Part shown: in pieces, positions 17,484 through 21,307 of the stretch
How positions within the stretch are numbered: position 1 is the stretch's first letter
Layout: every line of letters starts with the position of its first letter
Source: Candidatus Thorarchaeota archaeon SMTZ1-45
GTDB lineage: Archaea > Asgardarchaeota > Thorarchaeia > Thorarchaeales > Thorarchaeaceae
Length of the DNA stretch: 21,307 nucleotides
Direction of reading: 5' to 3'
Assembly: GCA_001563335.1 (NCBI GenBank)
Contig: LRSL01000041.1
Location: 1-21,307 of the forward strand
Notes under the pieces: generated by a model
What the model was told of the DNA's origin: nothing
Databases searched by the model: none
The model's input: the letters and a program-made list of their open reading frames with translations, nothing else
Translations under genes and position numbers: made by a program

Positions 17484-18134
17484 ATGTGGACGAAGGAAAC
17501 AGCAATGAAATTAATCTATGAAACTGGTTTCATTCCAATTATCCGTGTTGAGTCCACGGACATTGCTTTCAAAGTAGCTGAAGCATTTTTGGAAGGCGGA
17601 ATCAATATCATAGAGGTCACAATGAGTGTTCCTGGCGCAATCGATGTAGTCAAGCAGCTTATCGAAAATTATGGTGATAAAGTTCTGATAGGAACGGGAA
17701 CTGTTCTAGATGGCATAATGGCAGAGGAAGTTATTAAAGCTGGAAGTGAGTTCATTGTGAGTCCGAACTACTCCCAAGATTTGATAGAAACTGCTAAGAA
17801 GCACTCCAAACCAATAATTCCAGGAGCTCTCACACCGACTGAGATCTACAATGCGTATTCGATGGGAGCAGACGCAGTGAAAGTATTTCCATGTGGGAAC
17901 ATAGGAGGGGCAGACTACATAAAAGCCATTAGAGCTCCGTTACCAGATATCCCTCTTGTTCCGACTGGAGGGGTTGATCTTGAAACAGCAGGACCAATGC
18001 TTGATGCTGGAGCTTATGCTCTTGGTGTGGGTGGAGCAATTACAGACAAAAAGGCAATCAAGGAAAGAAAATATGAAGTGATTACTGAGAATGTTAGGAA
18101 ATTCCTTGATATTGTGAAGAAGTATAGAAGCTAA
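17484..18134 (+). CDS. eda: KDPG/KHG aldolase (class I)
   Basis: IPIIR, IEVT, IGTGTVL, FIVSP, PGALTPTE, VKVFP (Schiff-base Lys) and PTGGV; 6 bp after kdgK with a GGTGA RBS. Confidence 0.93.
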   Translation: MWTKETAMKLIYETGFIPIIRVESTDIAFKVAEAFLEGGINIIEVTMSVPGAIDVVKQLIENYGDKVLIGTGTVLDGIMAEEVIKAGSEFIVSPNYSQDLIETAKKHSKPIIPGALTPTEIYNAYSMGADAVKVFPCGNIGGADYIKAIRAPLPDIPLVPTGGVDLETAGPMLDAGAYALGVGGAITDKKAIKERKYEVITENVRKFLDIVKKYRS

Positions 18135-18188
18135 AAAGGAAACAACTAAATCCGCCTTTTGCTGCATGTAGCTATTGGGTGCTAAGAG

Positions 18189-18515
18189 ATGACACAAGAC
18201 TTACTTGAACTCATGCGAGAAAGAATTGCCATTGGCCTTGAACGAGAGAAGACTTTGGAAGCTATTGAGGGATGGGAACGAACAGCACATCTAAGCTTGA
18301 AAGAAGGAGCGGAATACCATTTCATAGTCAAAGATAACAATATCACTGTGCATGAAGGTTCTATAGAAAACCCAGACATGAGAATTCAAAGTGATGAAGA
18401 TACAATTAGAAAATTGTTTCTTGAGGAGATGAGTGCAGCCTCAGCCCTCCTGAAACGTAAGTTGAAAGTGAAGGGTTCAGCTTCTGACCTGATGAAAATC
18501 AGACACATCTTCTAA
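18189..18515 (+). CDS. SCP2 sterol/lipid-binding domain protein
   Basis: 108 aa; ITVHEGSIENPDMRIQSDEDT...LKRKLKVKGSASDLMK matches the SCP2 pattern (vxeGxxxxpDxxi...GklKvkG). Confidence 0.8.
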   Translation: MTQDLLELMRERIAIGLEREKTLEAIEGWERTAHLSLKEGAEYHFIVKDNNITVHEGSIENPDMRIQSDEDTIRKLFLEEMSAASALLKRKLKVKGSASDLMKIRHIF

Positions 18516-18543
18516 CTGTAGGTCATTATCTGGAGGATATAGA

Positions 18544-19950
18544 GTGGATAAGAAGATAGTGACAGAACTATCCAAAGTTGTTGGAAAAGAATACATCTCA
18601 ACGAAAAAGGATGTCCTCATAGCATACTCAACATCTGCTTCAATGAGTTATGAAAATGTCATTCCAGATGCTGTTGTGAGACCAGGGACAACAGAAGAAG
18701 TTTCTAGAGTTCTAAAGATAGCAAATAAATACAAAATCCCTGTGACTCCACGATGTGGTGGTTCAAGTCTCCAAGGGGAGGTGATTCCGCATTCGAATAG
18801 TCTTGTTATAGAATTGATGCGACTTGAAGATATTGTCTTGTACAAAGATCTAAGGTCAGTGACTGTAGGGGCTGGAGTTACATTTGGTAAACTTGACAAA
18901 TATCTGAACAAACATGATTTATGGATTCCATTCTATCCAGGTTCTGCTCTAGCTGCAACATTGGCTGGTAATGTTGCTGTAAACGGAGCAGGTTTTGGGT
19001 CTGGAGTATACGGATGTATAGCAGAACTCGTTATGGGTCTCGAAGTTGTTTTACCTGATGGTACAATTATCCAAACAGGTTCTGAGGCAAACCCGAACTC
19101 ACCAGGACCTTTCTTGCGTTATGCTTTTGGTCCAGACCTTACAGGGCTTTTCATTGGCTCTCTTGGTAGTTTTGGAATCATCACGAAGGTTTCTATAAAG
19201 ACACACAAACGGATGAGGCACATTGATTATAACACCTACGGATTTAATGAGGTTGAGAAAGCAGAGAGATTCCTATTGAAGTTGAAGGAAAATGATATCA
19301 ATGCAGTATGGGTAGCGCTTTATGAAGGCCGTGTACTCGAATTCTTTCTTGAAATGGTGGGTGAAGAGTATGGCGTCCCACAACATGATTGGCCAACTTT
19401 CACTGTATCTGTAGCCATTGGTCATGTAAGGAAGGACCAGTTACAGAGTGACATGAAGATGGCAGGCAGTATATGCGAACAACTTGGAGGTTATGTTATT
19501 GGGGTTAAAGAGTTACCAAAGGCAGAATGGGAGGATCGCATGAGAGAGCTTGCTCGCTCATCATATGTTCATGGATGGCACTGGCGTATTCTATATCACC
19601 ATCAACCACCAATTAGCTGGCATAAGTCAATGGATGCAATTTGGTCGGTTATGGATGAGTATGGTGTCTTGGGACACACTGCGGGATTTCTTTCAGGTCA
19701 TGGAAGTTATAACTGGTATCCTCAAATCTACTTTGATCCACAGGATAAGAATGAGGAAGAAAGAGTTAAGGAGGCTCATAGAGAGCTCGCACGACGTCTC
19801 TTCAAGACTGGAGCAGTCCCTTTCAAACTAGCTGAATACTGGAAAGATGCGATTGAAGGTATGGATGACTATATGGCATTTCTCAAACTAATCAAGAAGA
19901 CAATTGATCCAAATAACATAATGAACCCAGGAGTACTAGGAGGAATTTAG
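18544..19950 (+). CDS. FAD-binding oxidoreductase (GlcD/VAO superfamily), second paralogue
   Basis: PDAVVRPGTTEEVSRVL, RCGGSSL, ATLAGNVAVNG, GPDLTGLFIGSLGSFGIITK and DPNNIMNPG; GTG start with GGAGG RBS. Confidence 0.92.
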   Translation: MDKKIVTELSKVVGKEYISTKKDVLIAYSTSASMSYENVIPDAVVRPGTTEEVSRVLKIANKYKIPVTPRCGGSSLQGEVIPHSNSLVIELMRLEDIVLYKDLRSVTVGAGVTFGKLDKYLNKHDLWIPFYPGSALAATLAGNVAVNGAGFGSGVYGCIAELVMGLEVVLPDGTIIQTGSEANPNSPGPFLRYAFGPDLTGLFIGSLGSFGIITKVSIKTHKRMRHIDYNTYGFNEVEKAERFLLKLKENDINAVWVALYEGRVLEFFLEMVGEEYGVPQHDWPTFTVSVAIGHVRKDQLQSDMKMAGSICEQLGGYVIGVKELPKAEWEDRMRELARSSYVHGWHWRILYHHQPPISWHKSMDAIWSVMDEYGVLGHTAGFLSGHGSYNWYPQIYFDPQDKNEEERVKEAHRELARRLFKTGAVPFKLAEYWKDAIEGMDDYMAFLKLIKKTIDPNNIMNPGVLGGI

Positions 19951-21128
19951 TGATAACAGAGATAGACCTTGATGAACTTGTCGAAAACCTGATGCAATGT
20001 CGCAGGTGTGGAATTTGCAGAAATGCGGTATTCGAAGAAAGAGGTTTTGATGGAGTCTGTCCAGTCTGGAGAAACTCTTCTGGGTTTGAAACCAGTTTCA
20101 TGCGTGGTCGGATTCAAGTAGCATTGGCTCTGTTGGAGGGAGTCCTTGAAAAGACTCCAGAGAATGCTGAGGCACTTTATACCTGTACTCTCTGCGGGAA
20201 CTGCACTGAAATTTGCGCCGCAGAGTTTGACCCAGCAGAGTGTCTTGAGAAAGTTAGAGCTGTTCTAAATGATATTCCAAATGATGTTCGAGATTCTATT
20301 GCAGAAATGATCATGCAATATGATAATCCATATGAAGAGAATAGTCAGCTCAAACGGAATTGGGTTGAGGAAGTTGGATTTGAGATAACATCAACGGGAG
20401 AGGTTCTCTATTACGTTGGATGTACAGCTGGAATTAGACTTCCTAATATTGCTAAATCCACCGTGAAGATATTGAAAGCAGCGGACATCGATTTTGCGGT
20501 CCTTGAACATGAACCCTGTTGCGGCAGTGTTATGCTCCGAACAGGTAGAATTGAGAACGCACTCACTAATGCGAAGAGGTTTGCTGATATCATTCAAAAG
20601 TCTGGAGCAAAGAGGATCATAATTACTTGTGCAGGTTGTTTGAAAACTTTGACAGAGGATTATCCCAAGATGGGAGTTGAACTTCCAGAGGTCATCCATA
20701 TAACTGAATTCTTAAGGGATATAATTGAAAGTAAGAAACTCAAACTGAAATCATTGGGGAAAGGAATCAAGGTGACATACCACGACCCCTGTCATCTTTC
20801 GAGAGCCCTAGGATTCTATGATGAACCACGGGAAATAATCAAGGCAATCCCAGATATTAAATTGGTAGAGATGGAAACTAATAGAGTAACTGCTATGTGT
20901 TGTGGAGCAGGAGGAGGACTTCGCTCATATGACTCGGAGCTTTCAAAGAAGATAGCAGCGGATAGAGTGAAAAGTGCAGTTGCCATTGATGTAGAAATGA
21001 TTGTGACTGCTTGCCCCTTCTGCGAGCATAATCTCACGGCAGGCGCAGATATAATCGACCAATCTATGCGTGTTGTTGATGTTGTAGACCTAGTAGCTGA
21101 AAGTCTAACATTGAAAGGAAATGGGTAG
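19950..21128 (+). CDS. Fe-S oxidoreductase, HdrD/GlcF-like, second paralogue
   Basis: CRRCGIC...CP and CTLCGNCTEIC; YVGC...CCG...CAGC; YHDPC...CCGAGGG...CPFC. GTG start overlaps the upstream TAG by one base. Confidence 0.92.
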   Translation: MITEIDLDELVENLMQCRRCGICRNAVFEERGFDGVCPVWRNSSGFETSFMRGRIQVALALLEGVLEKTPENAEALYTCTLCGNCTEICAAEFDPAECLEKVRAVLNDIPNDVRDSIAEMIMQYDNPYEENSQLKRNWVEEVGFEITSTGEVLYYVGCTAGIRLPNIAKSTVKILKAADIDFAVLEHEPCCGSVMLRTGRIENALTNAKRFADIIQKSGAKRIIITCAGCLKTLTEDYPKMGVELPEVIHITEFLRDIIESKKLKLKSLGKGIKVTYHDPCHLSRALGFYDEPREIIKAIPDIKLVEMETNRVTAMCCGAGGGLRSYDSELSKKIAADRVKSAVAIDVEMIVTACPFCEHNLTAGADIIDQSMRVVDVVDLVAESLTLKGNG

Positions 21129-21176
21129 TCACTACGAGCGTAATGCAACCCATTATAGAAAGTATCACAAATGAAG

Positions 21177-21307
21177 CTAGTATCCACCGCTTCTATCGCG
21201 ATAACCGCCACCACGACGGCGATCTCGGCCTCCATAGCCACGGTCTCGACCATAGCCGCCTCCACCGCCTCGCCCATATCCCCTGCCGCCACCACTATAT
21301 CTTGGTC
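21177..21307 (-). CDS. C-terminal RGG/YGG-rich tail of a gene entering from the right edge (probable RNA-binding protein)
   Basis: Hand translation of the minus strand: ..PRYSGGGRGYGRGGGGGYGRDRGYGGRDRRRGGGYRDRSGGY* (TAG at 21177-21179). This frame explains the abrupt GC-rich patch at the window end. Confidence 0.75.
   Translation of the reverse strand, partial: PRYSGGGRGYGRGGGGGYGRDRGYGGRDRRRGGGYRDRSGGY

Noticed and set aside
35-20699. Numerous 60-170 aa ORFs antisense or off-frame to the main genes (e.g. 8851-9354, 6930-7298, 12874-13266)
   Set aside because: They are nested in well-supported genes and have no recognisable motifs; treated as shadow ORFs.
8189-21128. Possible selenocysteine (TGA) in the Hdr-like Fe-S proteins or the GRE
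   Set aside because: All Cys motifs are complete with ordinary Cys codons, and the stops fall at the expected protein ends.
20816-21295. 159-aa minus-strand ORF (MVAAGDMGEAVEAAMVE...)
   Set aside because: It is an off-frame reading of the Gly/Arg-rich tail and overlaps the Fe-S gene antisense by over 300 bp.
1-21307. CRISPR arrays, tRNA/rRNA genes, IS elements, integrases
   Set aside because: Intergenic gaps are all under about 190 bp, and no periodic repeats, cloverleafs or transposase motifs were seen.

Overview
Gene-dense window of roughly 40% GC (visual estimate), probably from an anaerobic archaeon: TATA-like boxes, GGTGA/GAGGT ribosome-binding sites and frequent TTG/GTG starts. An Asgard- or Bathyarchaeia-type host is plausible but cannot be proven from sequence alone. 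The window is almost entirely a catabolic island. (i) A non-pyrrolysine MttB-superfamily methyltransferase (truncated at the left edge and missed by the ORF track), a corrinoid protein, an APC permease and a distant UroD/MtaA-family protein. (ii) A divergent metallophosphoesterase / nucleotidyltransferase-fold pair. (iii) A Zn-dependent dehydrogenase, a V4R/ATC-like protein and a SAMP/MoaD-like protein. (iv) Two paralogous FAD-oxidoreductase + CCG-domain Fe-S protein pairs. (v) The most striking part: aminotransferase - glycyl radical enzyme (GRE) - KDG kinase - KDPG/KHG aldolase, with a divergent RraA/HMG aldolase. The GRE has a diol-dehydratase-type scaffold with an apparently remodelled active site and no activase in the window. 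It sits where an Entner-Doudoroff dehydratase would be expected, which suggests a possibly undescribed radical route to 2-keto-3-deoxy acids. The right edge holds the RGG/YGG-rich C-terminus of a probable RNA-binding protein. No rRNA, tRNA, CRISPR array or mobile element was recognised.
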